Positions 9,676 through 19,902 of a stretch of 38,064 bases of DNA are shown here, piece after piece. The number at the start of each line of letters is the position of its first letter. Positions within the stretch are counted from its first letter, which is position 1. The notes below the pieces were generated by a model, which worked only from the letters and a program-made list of their open reading frames with translations, searched no databases and had not been told where the DNA came from. Origin of the DNA: a virus (lineage: Duplodnaviria > Caudoviricetes). Location: positions 1 to 38,064 of IMG/VR virus record IMGVR_UViG_3300038829_000037; one strand, 5' to 3'. Position numbers and translations under genes: made by a program.

Positions 9676-11148
9676 ATGCCTTCTCAAATCCTCAACAAAG
9701 AAACAATAGACCCGACAGGGCAGAAGTTGTATACGTCTGGCACTCCAGAAGGAGTCGCAATTACGGCGCAGAGTTTGGCACCGCAGACTCCTTTTACTCC
9801 TGTACAACCAACTACCACACCCGTCGCGTCAGTCGCAGGACTTAATGCGGAACTTGCGCCACTTCCACAAGAATCACAGCAGAGTGATTTGATAACACAA
9901 CTTCAAGGCTTAACGACACAAACAGTCGGTGAAGCAGGGTTTCAAGCAGAACAAGAAAAAGTACAGGGCATCCCTGAACTCCAAAAGACACAGAGCGACC
10001 TATCTGCACGACTCAAAACACTCCAAAACGAAGCTCTTGCCATCCCCTTACAACTCCAACAAGAAGCAATAGGAAGAGGAATAACTGCTGGCGGTCTCCA
10101 ACCGATTCAGACCGCCGCACTTCGTAATAACGCTATTCAAGCACTTTCGGTATCCTCCTTACTTGAAGCATCTCGCGGGAATCTTACTACAGCGCAGTCT
10201 CTTGCGGATCGGGCTACCGCGCAGAAATACGACCCTATAAAAGCCGAGATAAATGCTAAGTTATCGAACCTAGAGATTCTTTCAAAAGACCCAACGCTTA
10301 CACTTGCACAGAAAAATCGTGCTGATGCTCAAAAAGCGATACAGGAACAGCGACAGGCAGAAATCGCAAAACAGGAATCTGATTCAAAGGAAATAAACTC
10401 CACCCTCAATCTCGCCATAAAGTATGGTCTTACCAACACTGGTTTGATGGAAAAGATACAAAACGCAAGCACCCCAATAGAAGCTAAACAACTAGCTTCA
10501 CGATACTTGCAAGACCCTATGGCTCAATACGAATTAAATGCGGCAAAGGCAGATATTCTATTGAAACAAGCTCAACTCGCAAAGGTGCAAAAGGAAACTC
10601 GTCTACTTGGAGAAAAGACAGACAAAGAAATAAAGGAAGAAAAAGCTGCTCTTAAAAACGCACAGACAGCGATACCTATTTTGCAAGATAAGATTGACCT
10701 TATTGATGTCCTTAAAGATAGTCGTGGTCTTGCGGGTTCGGTTGGGGCTTATGGTATCGCTCGTTTTACTCCATTTGCTATTGATAAAGCAGATAGAACT
10801 AGATTCATCGCTGGTGTTCAGCAGTTGGTAAATAAGGAGACGATTGATACACTCGTCAATCTAAAAGAGCGCGGTGGGACTCTCGGCGCACTATCAGACC
10901 AAGAGCGCATTCTTCTTCAAAGCGCGGCTACTAAAATAGGAAGTTGGCAGTTGGTGGACGACACAGGAAAAGTATACGGATACGAAGTTGATGAAAAATC
11001 ATTCAAAGACGAACTGGAGAGTATAAAGAAACTCGCGCAACGCGCTCTCGTAAAAGCGAGTGGGAATGTCTTTGATGACGCTGAAACTTCCTTGCTTGAC
11101 GAACTTTACCAATCACAGGGTGTTCTCAGCCCTGCTTCATTCTACTAA
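9676..11148 (+). CDS. Putative internal virion/ejection protein
   Basis: Q/A-rich coiled coil with GALSDQE motif; position typical of podovirus ejection genes. Confidence 0.5.
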   Translation: MPSQILNKETIDPTGQKLYTSGTPEGVAITAQSLAPQTPFTPVQPTTTPVASVAGLNAELAPLPQESQQSDLITQLQGLTTQTVGEAGFQAEQEKVQGIPELQKTQSDLSARLKTLQNEALAIPLQLQQEAIGRGITAGGLQPIQTAALRNNAIQALSVSSLLEASRGNLTTAQSLADRATAQKYDPIKAEINAKLSNLEILSKDPTLTLAQKNRADAQKAIQEQRQAEIAKQESDSKEINSTLNLAIKYGLTNTGLMEKIQNASTPIEAKQLASRYLQDPMAQYELNAAKADILLKQAQLAKVQKETRLLGEKTDKEIKEEKAALKNAQTAIPILQDKIDLIDVLKDSRGLAGSVGAYGIARFTPFAIDKADRTRFIAGVQQLVNKETIDTLVNLKERGGTLGALSDQERILLQSAATKIGSWQLVDDTGKVYGYEVDEKSFKDELESIKKLAQRALVKASGNVFDDAETSLLDELYQSQGVLSPASFY

Positions 11149-11149
11149 T

Positions 11150-12694
11150 ATGGCCTTCAACCCACAAGAATTGGAAATAATAAAATACGGAGTGCAGAAC
11201 GGCAAAAGTCGCGCTGAGGTAGAAAGTGCCTTGTCTAAATTACGAACTGGTGTTGAGCCTAAAAAAGTGCAGGAAACACCTGATGCGGTTGATGCGGCTT
11301 CTCTTGGAGGCCGTGTTGTTTCTGGTATCAAACAAGCAGGTGAAAGGGTAGAGAGTGCTATTTCCGGCACAGGTGAATTTGAGGGAAGAACACCATTAAG
11401 GCGTGGATTTGAAGCAACTGCGACTGCTTTTGGTGCAGCACCAGCGATAGTCGCAGAAACGCTCCCTGAGCCAGTACGTGCTGGTCTGGGGAAGGCTGGA
11501 GAAGTAATTGGAGGGATTGTGCAGTTTCTTGGAGATAAAATAGGCAGTATACCCGCAGTACAAAATTGGGTTAGTAAAAATCCTGAAGCTGCAAAATCTC
11601 TTGAGGAAGTTGCGGGTATTGGTGCAGCTAGTGGGCAGATAGCCGGCACTATATTGGCTGCTAAAGGAGCGGCGGCTGGTGCGCAGAAAGTCGTTGATAT
11701 AACAAAAGTTGGAACTGCTAAGGCGGTTGAAACTATCGGTAGTGCGATAGACCGCGCCCGACCTGCGACCAAGGCTCTTTATAATCGCTCTAAGGAACTC
11801 GTCAAACCTTTGCCAACTCCTGCTAAAGCCGTTGGTGAAGTATTGCAAGGAACTAAACCAATCTCCCCTAGAGATGTAAAAGCGTTTAGAAGTATTGATA
11901 CCGCAAATGTAAAGACTTATGCAGACCTCAAGGCTCAAGTAGATGAGTCCATAGGCAAACTTTCTAATCAAGTAGATGATTATTTGTCTCAAGACCCAAA
12001 TCCTGTATCACTAAATAATCTTGTTACAAAAACAACCTCAGGCAGTGGGCGTTTGATAGAGAGGAACTTCGTCTCAACAGCCATCGAGCATCTTCGTGAG
12101 CTTTATCAAAAAAGTGCTGACGATGTTGGACTCGCTGATATTGATGATTTGTTGATTAAAGCAAAATCCACAGGATTGACTCGTCTTGAAGTGAATGACA
12201 TATCACGACTCTATAATTCAGAGTTTGGTTCAAAAGCCTTTTCTAAAGTAACAGGGGAGCCATTGACCAGTGTGAACGCGCAAGCATACGAAAATATCCG
12301 AACAGGATTAAAAAATGTCGCTCGTCAAAGCATGGGAGGTACTGAAGCAGCGGCTACAGATAAGATAATAAGCTCGCTTTACAACACTCGCGACCTCGTT
12401 ACTAAAAATGTTGCAGCGGTACAGAAACTACAGCAACGCATAGCAGAGCGCGGATTGTTTGAAAAAATCGGCTATACAGTCTCGAAATATGGGGACATAT
12501 TAACTGGCGGTTCTATACGAGGATTTATTGGGGGTATATTGCCTCGTGGAGCAGGGTATAAATTGCTTAATGCTCTAGATTTGGAACAGCGACTTTCGAA
12601 GAATCTTGAAATAATCAGAAAAGCATTAGAGTCTGGTTCTGATGATGCAATTATCAATGCAACAAAGAATCTAGGTGTTCCTTCCGTAAAATGA
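11150..12694 (+). CDS. Putative internal virion/ejection protein
   Basis: A/G-rich helical protein coupled to the previous gene. Confidence 0.5.
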   Translation: MAFNPQELEIIKYGVQNGKSRAEVESALSKLRTGVEPKKVQETPDAVDAASLGGRVVSGIKQAGERVESAISGTGEFEGRTPLRRGFEATATAFGAAPAIVAETLPEPVRAGLGKAGEVIGGIVQFLGDKIGSIPAVQNWVSKNPEAAKSLEEVAGIGAASGQIAGTILAAKGAAAGAQKVVDITKVGTAKAVETIGSAIDRARPATKALYNRSKELVKPLPTPAKAVGEVLQGTKPISPRDVKAFRSIDTANVKTYADLKAQVDESIGKLSNQVDDYLSQDPNPVSLNNLVTKTTSGSGRLIERNFVSTAIEHLRELYQKSADDVGLADIDDLLIKAKSTGLTRLEVNDISRLYNSEFGSKAFSKVTGEPLTSVNAQAYENIRTGLKNVARQSMGGTEAAATDKIISSLYNTRDLVTKNVAAVQKLQQRIAERGLFEKIGYTVSKYGDILTGGSIRGFIGGILPRGAGYKLLNALDLEQRLSKNLEIIRKALESGSDDAIINATKNLGVPSVK

Positions 12695-12800
12695 TAAGAC
12701 CTATGCCCCACCCTATTGCACTAAAAATCAATATAACAGGGAATGTAACTACGAGTGCAATAGTCCCGATTGCTAATAGCGCAAAACCTACTAGGTTCAT
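12654..12800 (-). CDS. Small membrane protein (48 aa) antisense to the structural operon
   Basis: MNLVGFALLAIGTIALVVTFPVILIFSAIGWGIGLIILRKE..; minus-strand TGgTATAGG and GGAGGT just upstream. Confidence 0.55.
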   Translation of the reverse strand: MNLVGFALLAIGTIALVVTFPVILIFSAIGWGIGLIILRKEHLDSLLH

Positions 12801-12836
12801 ACCTCCCCTATACCACGATACGCCTAAAAAAGCAAC

Positions 12837-13691
12837 ATGAACCCCAAACTCCAAAAATTACAAGAGATAATGAAGATGGTCAATGAATCTCTGACCCGCG
12901 AAGAGTTCGTCTCCGCCTTCAAAGCCGTCATCGACCAAGTGAAGCAAATAGAATCACAACTCATCTCTAAAATCGACAGTAAACTCTCCGACAAATCTTC
13001 AGCGTTTGATTCTGAAATAGCATCTGCTAAATCGGAAGTGCTTGTCGCAAAACAAGCAGTCCAGCAAGCAAAGCAGGATTTACAGCAAATCGTAAGAGAA
13101 ACACGCGAAGCCAACACCACAACCCTCGCTCAACTGCGTACACGGGCATTAGAGAGCATTGATTCGCTCTTTGGGAAGATGCGTCTCAACGCTCGCTTCG
13201 AGGCTCTTATAAGTGAATATGGGGATAAAGTCGACGAGCTAAATGCTAAAATAGAGAGTGTCCCTACAGTAGAGGAAATCATTGCGCAGATTCCTGAAGA
13301 CCCAGAAGAGACACCAGAGCAGACCCGTGACAAACTGGAAAGCATACAAGAAGAAGAAGAAAAACTCGCAATTTCCGCCATCGCACACCTCGAAGAAAAG
13401 TTAAAAGATTTAGAAAAGAAAGTTGGAATGTCTAGGGGTTCAGTAGGAGGATTCAATTATTCGTCAATGGATTTCCACATTTTAGACGACATTACTTTGA
13501 CAGGAACGATAAACGGGGTTAACACTGTTTTTACTCTGCCCAACGTACCAAACCCTGCGTCCTCATTAAAAGTCTACCGAGGAGGTGCGAGACAACGCAT
13601 CACCGAAGATTTTACGCTTTCGGGAGTAACGATTACTTTCCTTATTGCACCTCAAGTCGGTGAAATAATTCTATGTGACCTAAGAATCTGA
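12837..13691 (+). CDS. Coiled-coil protein with C-terminal beta domain (tail-associated, putative)
   Basis: Long helical N-part; GTINGVNTVFTL..LKVYRGG C-domain seen in virion accessory proteins. Confidence 0.6.
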   Translation: MNPKLQKLQEIMKMVNESLTREEFVSAFKAVIDQVKQIESQLISKIDSKLSDKSSAFDSEIASAKSEVLVAKQAVQQAKQDLQQIVRETREANTTTLAQLRTRALESIDSLFGKMRLNARFEALISEYGDKVDELNAKIESVPTVEEIIAQIPEDPEETPEQTRDKLESIQEEEEKLAISAIAHLEEKLKDLEKKVGMSRGSVGGFNYSSMDFHILDDITLTGTINGVNTVFTLPNVPNPASSLKVYRGGARQRITEDFTLSGVTITFLIAPQVGEIILCDLRI

Positions 13692-13693
13692 TT

Positions 13694-14266
13694 ATGATTT
13701 CTGAAATATCTCGTAAAAAGATGAGTGATGCCAAAAAAGGGAAAATGCCTAAGTTCATTCCTAACAATAAAGGGCGCGTGCATTCTAAAGAATCAAGAAT
13801 GAATATGAGTTTAGCTCATAAAGGCAAAAAACTCACAGAAGAAAATAAGAAAAAAATTGGTGAAGCTAATATAGGGAAGCATTTCAAAACGAGAGAGTGG
13901 AAAATGAAAATGAGTAGGGATAGAACAGGTTCTAAAAATCCTATGTATGGGGTATTTGGAGCAAGTCATCCACAATGGAAGGGGGGCGTTACACCAGAAA
14001 ATCATAGAATAAGAATGTCATTAGAAATGAAATTGTGGCGCAAATCTTGTATGGAACGAGACGACTTTACTTGTCAAAAAACAGGAGAACGAGGTGGAAA
14101 ATTGGTTGTGCATCATATAAATAACTTTGCTGATTTTCCTGAATTACGAACATCAATAACTAATGGCATTACACTTTCAAAAGAATCGCATCAAGAGTTT
14201 CACAAAAAGTATGGGAAGAGAAATAACACACGCGAACAGTTAAATGAGTTCTTACAAATGTTATAA
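13694..14266 (+). CDS. NUMOD3-repeat HNH homing endonuclease
   Basis: NUMOD3-like repeats, HPQWKGG, RDDFTCQ..VHHI..NGITL..H..FH. Confidence 0.9.
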   Translation: MISEISRKKMSDAKKGKMPKFIPNNKGRVHSKESRMNMSLAHKGKKLTEENKKKIGEANIGKHFKTREWKMKMSRDRTGSKNPMYGVFGASHPQWKGGVTPENHRIRMSLEMKLWRKSCMERDDFTCQKTGERGGKLVVHHINNFADFPELRTSITNGITLSKESHQEFHKKYGKRNNTREQLNEFLQML

Positions 14267-14273
14267 TACCGCT

Positions 14274-17240
14274 ATGAAAAAACTTTCTCTCATTCTTGTC
14301 GGACTTCTCCTCGGTGTCGGAGTTTCTGTTCAAGCCGCAACCACGCTCTTCCCGGGAAATGGAGGCACTGGCACTTCTACGCCACCCACATACGGAAACA
14401 TACTTGTTGGCAACTCCCAAGGCACTTATACGCTGACCGCAACTTCTTCTCTCGGTATAGTAGGCGCAGCTAGCTCCCCAGGCGGCTCCTCTGGTCAAGT
14501 ACAGTACAACGGCTCAGGTTCCTTCGCAGGTGTCGCCACCACCACCCTCACTCCTGGTACTAACGTAACCTTCACCGGCACACCGGGCTATCTCATCGGC
14601 GGGACGAATCTTACTATCAATGCGACGGGAGGTTCAGGAGCTTTTGAATGGACACCGCAATCATGGGGTAATTCAACCTCGACCACGCTCGGGTTCTTAA
14701 ATGGATTCATTTCTACGGCTTCCAGTACGATAAACGCTATTCTTCGGGGCAAGGACGCCATCTTTTCTTCGTACGTAGACGCTCCTTACTTTGTAGCGAC
14801 GAGTACCACGGCGACGAGTACGTTTGCGGGGGCAGTACAAATAGGGGGTACGGTGGGCGACCAGGCACTCAAAATCACCTCACGCTCTGGTGGATATCCA
14901 TCATCCGACTCTATTGGAGGTATGGTTAATCTCACCAACACAAATAACTTTGGTTCTGCTCTTACGATTTATTCCAATGCGGGCGTGGGAAGAACGAACG
15001 ACCTCTTGCGTATAAAATCAGACAACGTATTGAACGACCAACGGGGGCTATTTGTCACGCAAGACGGTACACGAAGTGCGGCACTATTTGACTGTACGAA
15101 CGCAACCCGCGTATCGGGCGGAGAGTGCGTGACTATCACTGACGTTGCGGGAGCGAATAGAACAACACTCGGTGTATCAGGTGCGCCGATAGGACTCGGA
15201 CTTCTTAAATTCACCGTCAATTCGGGAGCTGACACCAATGCTTCCGCTCTCTCCATGCAAATTGACGACACCGACCCTCAAGGAATATTTATTGATACGA
15301 TTGCGGGATACACAGGAAAATTCTTGAATATAAGAAATAACGGCACTGAATTATTAACCATGTTGTCTTCCGGCAACGTCGGCATCGGCACCTCTTCCCC
15401 CTACGCTAAACTCTCAGTAGTAGGAGAAACGGTAGCAAGTCATTTTACAGCCACTACAACAGCCACATCAACTCTCCCTCGCCTTGAAACCGCAGGACTA
15501 AATCTCACAAACTTCCTAACCTTCAACGGCGTAACAGGCTCCACATGGGCTTCTTTCTGCACCACAATTACAGGAAGTGCCGACCTCTGCGACGGAAGCG
15601 ATGCTTCGGGTGTAGGCGGTACAGGTCTATCAACAACCTCTCCAACTGCAAACGATCAAGTCCTCGTCTACAACTCTGCTGGTGCTGGCTCGGCATACAG
15701 TATTGCAACAACGTCGCTTTCTATAACAGGCCCGTTCACCATCGCAAATCCAATCGGTGTTCTAAAGAACGGCGCAGTTACCTATACTGGTCTTGCAACT
15801 ACTTCGCAGCCCTCCTCCTCTAACCTCCTGGTATCTAACGGAGGGTCAGGGGTGTTTGGGGTAGCTACAACTACTCCTACATTCGGGCTGGGTCTTACAG
15901 GCGGTGGAATATGGGATGTCCTTGGTTCTGCTCCAACACTGAATATAGCTACTTCATCGCTCTACAGCGGAACGACAGGGCAGTTCCCGTATTTCTCAGG
16001 AACAAATACCCTCACCGCCACCTCTTCATTATTCCTTGATACAACAGGGAAAATCGGTATAGGTACGACCACACCAGTCGGGGTGTTGTCTATATTGGCT
16101 GGAACTATTTCGGGTGCAACTGTTGGTTTGCAGCTTACTAATTCTGGTGCGTTCGCGGCATCAGAGCCAGCAATAGATTTTGTAAACTCGGCAGGGGGTA
16201 TCATCCATGGGCGTATAAGTTCAGTTCCAGGGACAAGTTATTTGAGTTCTGCAATGAAATTCTCGGTAGCAAATTCATCTAAAGTTATAACAGAGAGAAT
16301 GCGAATAGATGTGAACGGGAACCTAGGTATAGGCACTACTACTCCAGGCTCGCTTCTCTCCCTCGGCAACACCGGCAATGACACTATCAACCTCTCAACC
16401 ACCGCAACCTCAACCTTCGGCTCTGGCATAAACCTACGAACAGGCTGCTTTGCGGTGAATAGTGTATGTATAACTGGAGGCGGCGGTGTCACTGCCGTCA
16501 CGGGCACCTGGCCGATTATTTCCTCCGGCGGCACGGCGCCAAATCTCACGTGGGGAGGTCTCGCAACGTCGACCGCCGCGGTCATCGGCAACATTCCATA
16601 CTTCAGTGGGGCAAAAACCTTCGCAAACGTTGCTACCTCAACTCTCGCTGTGGGAGCGTCTATAAGCAATTCAGGAACGCTCGGATATCAAATCGGCGGT
16701 ACTGCTTCATCCCTCTCACTAAACATGGCAAACGCGAATACCTGGACAGCACTACAGACTTTCGCAGGTCTTTCAGCCACCAACGCCACGACAACAGGGA
16801 CACTCGCTATCCCTGTAGGTGCATCAGTCATTACTCCTGTCGCTGGAAACATGGCGATAGACACCACATCAGGACAGCTTCGGTACAGCGATATAACGGG
16901 TACGGTGAGAGTTATTTCTCCAGTTCGTGATTTGGGCTTTTCGTACGCTACGTCTACTTGGTCGGGTACTACCACACGTCGTATTGGGCCGGCACCAGCA
17001 AATATCACTGTCTCTGCTGTGTATTGCGAGACAAACGCAGGGACAGTCGGGGTATCATTGTATGACGGAACAAATAGAGCGAATTACGTCCCTACGGCTT
17101 CGTCAACGATAAATAAAAATCTATACACTTCAAACAATACATTTACCGCAGGAGAGACAATGCGCGTGGATTTAGGAACTCCTGCATCAAGTCCACAGGA
17201 ACTTTCTTGCAGGTTCTTGTATACCTACGACGCTGATTAA
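14274..17240 (+). CDS. Large fibre/adhesin-like repeat protein with signal peptide
   Basis: MKKLSLILVGLLLGVGVSVQA signal; repeated G(N/K)xGIGTxxP and ATSTTATST motifs. Confidence 0.8.
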   Translation: MKKLSLILVGLLLGVGVSVQAATTLFPGNGGTGTSTPPTYGNILVGNSQGTYTLTATSSLGIVGAASSPGGSSGQVQYNGSGSFAGVATTTLTPGTNVTFTGTPGYLIGGTNLTINATGGSGAFEWTPQSWGNSTSTTLGFLNGFISTASSTINAILRGKDAIFSSYVDAPYFVATSTTATSTFAGAVQIGGTVGDQALKITSRSGGYPSSDSIGGMVNLTNTNNFGSALTIYSNAGVGRTNDLLRIKSDNVLNDQRGLFVTQDGTRSAALFDCTNATRVSGGECVTITDVAGANRTTLGVSGAPIGLGLLKFTVNSGADTNASALSMQIDDTDPQGIFIDTIAGYTGKFLNIRNNGTELLTMLSSGNVGIGTSSPYAKLSVVGETVASHFTATTTATSTLPRLETAGLNLTNFLTFNGVTGSTWASFCTTITGSADLCDGSDASGVGGTGLSTTSPTANDQVLVYNSAGAGSAYSIATTSLSITGPFTIANPIGVLKNGAVTYTGLATTSQPSSSNLLVSNGGSGVFGVATTTPTFGLGLTGGGIWDVLGSAPTLNIATSSLYSGTTGQFPYFSGTNTLTATSSLFLDTTGKIGIGTTTPVGVLSILAGTISGATVGLQLTNSGAFAASEPAIDFVNSAGGIIHGRISSVPGTSYLSSAMKFSVANSSKVITERMRIDVNGNLGIGTTTPGSLLSLGNTGNDTINLSTTATSTFGSGINLRTGCFAVNSVCITGGGGVTAVTGTWPIISSGGTAPNLTWGGLATSTAAVIGNIPYFSGAKTFANVATSTLAVGASISNSGTLGYQIGGTASSLSLNMANANTWTALQTFAGLSATNATTTGTLAIPVGASVITPVAGNMAIDTTSGQLRYSDITGTVRVISPVRDLGFSYATSTWSGTTTRRIGPAPANITVSAVYCETNAGTVGVSLYDGTNRANYVPTASSTINKNLYTSNNTFTAGETMRVDLGTPASSPQELSCRFLYTYDAD

Positions 17241-17241
17241 C

Positions 17242-17646
17242 ATGGCAATCTTCATGATTAAATACACAGACAACACCAACGCAGACCCTGCGAAGGATGT
17301 CATGTGTTACAAGCGTGGGGACATCGTGCAGGTGCTTGATGACACCGCCCATGACGGGGACTTGGTTAGTAATCCTATTACTGGCCCGTTCATGCTCGTA
17401 AAGGTTCTTGGTCTGACTAAAGAGCAGGCGGAGAAATACATGTCGCAAGATGAGACTGACACGGTAGATGCGGAAGGAAAGACTGTGAGAACAATCAACC
17501 GGCGGAGACTGTATAAACTTCGTCTTGATGATGTTCCTTTAGCTATCAGGAATCAGTTGATTAACTTCAAGTATATTGAGGTTACGTTGAATCAGGTTCG
17601 TAATTATGTCCGTAATAAGGTTACAAACCTTGACGGAATAAACTAA
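17242..17646 (+). CDS. Hypothetical protein (tail accessory?)
   Basis: Coupled ORF with YKRGDIV motif. Confidence 0.65.
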   Translation: MAIFMIKYTDNTNADPAKDVMCYKRGDIVQVLDDTAHDGDLVSNPITGPFMLVKVLGLTKEQAEKYMSQDETDTVDAEGKTVRTINRRRLYKLRLDDVPLAIRNQLINFKYIEVTLNQVRNYVRNKVTNLDGIN

Positions 17647-17648
17647 TT

Positions 17649-18761
17649 ATGGCAACAAGATACGTTGACCCAAATTCAACAGCAGGTGGTGACGGCACCA
17701 CCAACGCTCTGACGGGTGCGAATAGGGCTTATGTTAGCCTGAGTGCTTGGGAAGCGGCGCGTCAAGCAGTGCTGACAGAGGTCGAAGAAGTCATCTGTTC
17801 GTCGGACGATGCTGGTTCTACCCACGCCGCTGACACTGCACAGTGCATTGTGGCAGGGTGGACGACGACGGCTGCGTTTTACATTGACATTAAGGCAGCA
17901 AGTACGAGTAGGGCATCCACCAAGTGGAATACCAACAAGTATCGGATGACCTATTCAAATGTATCTATTGTCTCCATCTTGGACATTAGCGGTGCGCCGT
18001 ATTGCCGAGTGGATGGGCTACAGATTGAGGTGAATTGCGCTGTGCTCGAAGCCGCTAGTCGTTCCGCCGTTGCTATCGTGTGCAGTCCAGCCGCAGGCGT
18101 GCTTGGTGCCGACCAGCGGGTAAGTAACTGCCACATTCGCCATATAGGTACGTTGCCGTTCAACCCAATGACTGGCAACGCGGCGTCGATATTGGGCGCA
18201 CCATCGACATTTGGTGCAGTACCCGTCCCAAACTTCTATATCTGGAACAATATCTGTAGTTGGGAGGCGACAGGAACGTGGACAGAAGCTACCTATCATG
18301 TAGGTATAAGAATAGAGCACAGAGACAACAACGCATACATCTACAACAACACTATTCGTGGAGCATGGACAGATGGAACTGGTGGGGACGACAATTCAGC
18401 CCGTCTTCATTATGTAAAAAATAATCTTTTTAGTGGGCCTGTAAATCCAACAAATGGAAGTCATGTCAACACACGGTGTAATTATAACTCCACCAACCAA
18501 GCTGCTCTTGGTTATACAGCGGGAGCAAATGACCGTGTATCTCAGACATTCACGTTTGTTGCGGCAGACGACTACGCACTCGGTTCTGGAGATGCTGGGG
18601 CAAAGGATTACGGGCTAACTGACCCTGGTTCGGGGTTGTTTTCTGATGATATAAATCGCGACACTCGTACTGCTCCGTGGGATATCGGCGCGGATGAGAT
18701 AGTTTCGGCTGGTGGTGTTTCTGCTCCTACTAACTATCAGGATTTTATAATTACATCATGA
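17649..18761 (+). CDS. Right-handed beta-helix virion protein (putative)
   Basis: IWNNI, IYNNTI, VKNNL repeats and C-terminal R..PWDIGADE. Confidence 0.65.
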   Translation: MATRYVDPNSTAGGDGTTNALTGANRAYVSLSAWEAARQAVLTEVEEVICSSDDAGSTHAADTAQCIVAGWTTTAAFYIDIKAASTSRASTKWNTNKYRMTYSNVSIVSILDISGAPYCRVDGLQIEVNCAVLEAASRSAVAIVCSPAAGVLGADQRVSNCHIRHIGTLPFNPMTGNAASILGAPSTFGAVPVPNFYIWNNICSWEATGTWTEATYHVGIRIEHRDNNAYIYNNTIRGAWTDGTGGDDNSARLHYVKNNLFSGPVNPTNGSHVNTRCNYNSTNQAALGYTAGANDRVSQTFTFVAADDYALGSGDAGAKDYGLTDPGSGLFSDDINRDTRTAPWDIGADEIVSAGGVSAPTNYQDFIITS

Positions 18762-18768
18762 CCTACCT

Positions 18769-18809
18769 TGTGGATAATCCAGAGTCATCAGGAGTATGTA
18801 GGGTATAAT
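18769..18809 (+). promoter_or_regulatory. Lysis-cassette promoter with DnaA box
   Basis: TGTGGATAA 18769-18777, 26 nt, TATAAT 18804-18809. Confidence 0.6.
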
Positions 18810-18820
18810 TGTCAATATCT

Positions 18821-19126
18821 ATGGACGAACACCGCCTCACCTCAGAAGAATGGATAAATCATCTTAAAAAAGACGAGGAATTCCAAGAAGCGCAACTTAA
18901 TTTTAATGATAAGGTGGAGCGAGTGTTATTTGGAGATGATATTAATGAATTGGGGATGAAAGCAAAAGTGGATGAAATGCACGAACTCCTCACACAAGCT
19001 AAAAATGTTGGTGGCTTCTTTGGTAGCATTGGAGGATTCGGCAGATGGATATTCACCATCATCGCACTCATTTCGATGTTTAAGTTATGGGGCATTTCTA
19101 TACTAAGTTTACTTGGAAACAAATGA
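18821..19126 (+). CDS. Membrane protein (holin/antiholin-like)
   Basis: C-terminal hydrophobic helix; first gene of the lysis region. Confidence 0.55.
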   Translation: MDEHRLTSEEWINHLKKDEEFQEAQLNFNDKVERVLFGDDINELGMKAKVDEMHELLTQAKNVGGFFGSIGGFGRWIFTIIALISMFKLWGISILSLLGNK

Positions 19127-19902
19127 ATAACCACGGACTACAAATCGAAGATCCGAAACCAGAAGATTACGTCTTCGGAGGTAATCAGTTAGGCGATTCC
19201 CCGATTCAACCTGACGCGAATTGGTCTGGCTACTTGCCCGATGTTGAGATTCAGAATCTTAATGGTATCGAACCGAGCGCATGTGTTACTTTCGCCACAT
19301 TAAACATCGTAGAAATCCTCGAACGTAAACTTTATGGCGGTACAAACAATTGGAGCGACAGATTCCTTGCGACGATATCGGGGACGAAAGAGCGTAAAGG
19401 TAATTCTCCAAATAACGTAGCCTATGTACTTAAGGATAAAGGGTGTGTCGAAGAACGAGACTTGCCTTTTGATTCTTCTATTACAACATACGACAGTTTC
19501 TATGCGCTTATTAAAGAATCTCTCCATACGCTAGCTCTACAGTTCAAAGCAGAGTTTGCCTTCGGGTATGAATACGTCAAACCAAACCATGATGACCTTA
19601 TGGATGCTCTTAAATACTCTCCTCTTGGGTTCTCTGTGTATGCGTGGATTCAAGATGAGAACGGGCTTTACTACCGTCCTAGTGGAGCCTCAGACGGGCA
19701 TTATACGGTCTGTATAGGATATGTAAGGAACAATTACTGGATTATCTTCGACAGCTATGCTCCTAACGGCTCGGCTATAAAACATGTAAAGTGGGACTCA
19801 CTTCCCCTAGTCGCTTATAGATACACATTACTTCGACAGGTTGCATCGGAGAGTGCGTGGGATAGATTCATCAAACTTCTAAGGAGTATACTTGGGGTAT
19901 GA
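19123..19902 (+). CDS. Papain-like (C1-family) cysteine peptidase
   Basis: Q..(8)..CVTFA catalytic Cys motif, GHYTVCIGY His motif, WIIFDSY. Confidence 0.75.
   Translation: MNNHGLQIEDPKPEDYVFGGNQLGDSPIQPDANWSGYLPDVEIQNLNGIEPSACVTFATLNIVEILERKLYGGTNNWSDRFLATISGTKERKGNSPNNVAYVLKDKGCVEERDLPFDSSITTYDSFYALIKESLHTLALQFKAEFAFGYEYVKPNHDDLMDALKYSPLGFSVYAWIQDENGLYYRPSGASDGHYTVCIGYVRNNYWIIFDSYAPNGSAIKHVKWDSLPLVAYRYTLLRQVASESAWDRFIKLLRSILGV

Noticed and set aside
11137-11992. Long antisense ORFs (211 and 198 aa), and similar shadows over the coat and fibre genes
   Set aside because: They lie opposite well-supported genes and have no motifs or start context
14274-18761. Diversity-generating retroelement target
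   Set aside because: No reverse transcriptase, and no template/variable repeat pair seen
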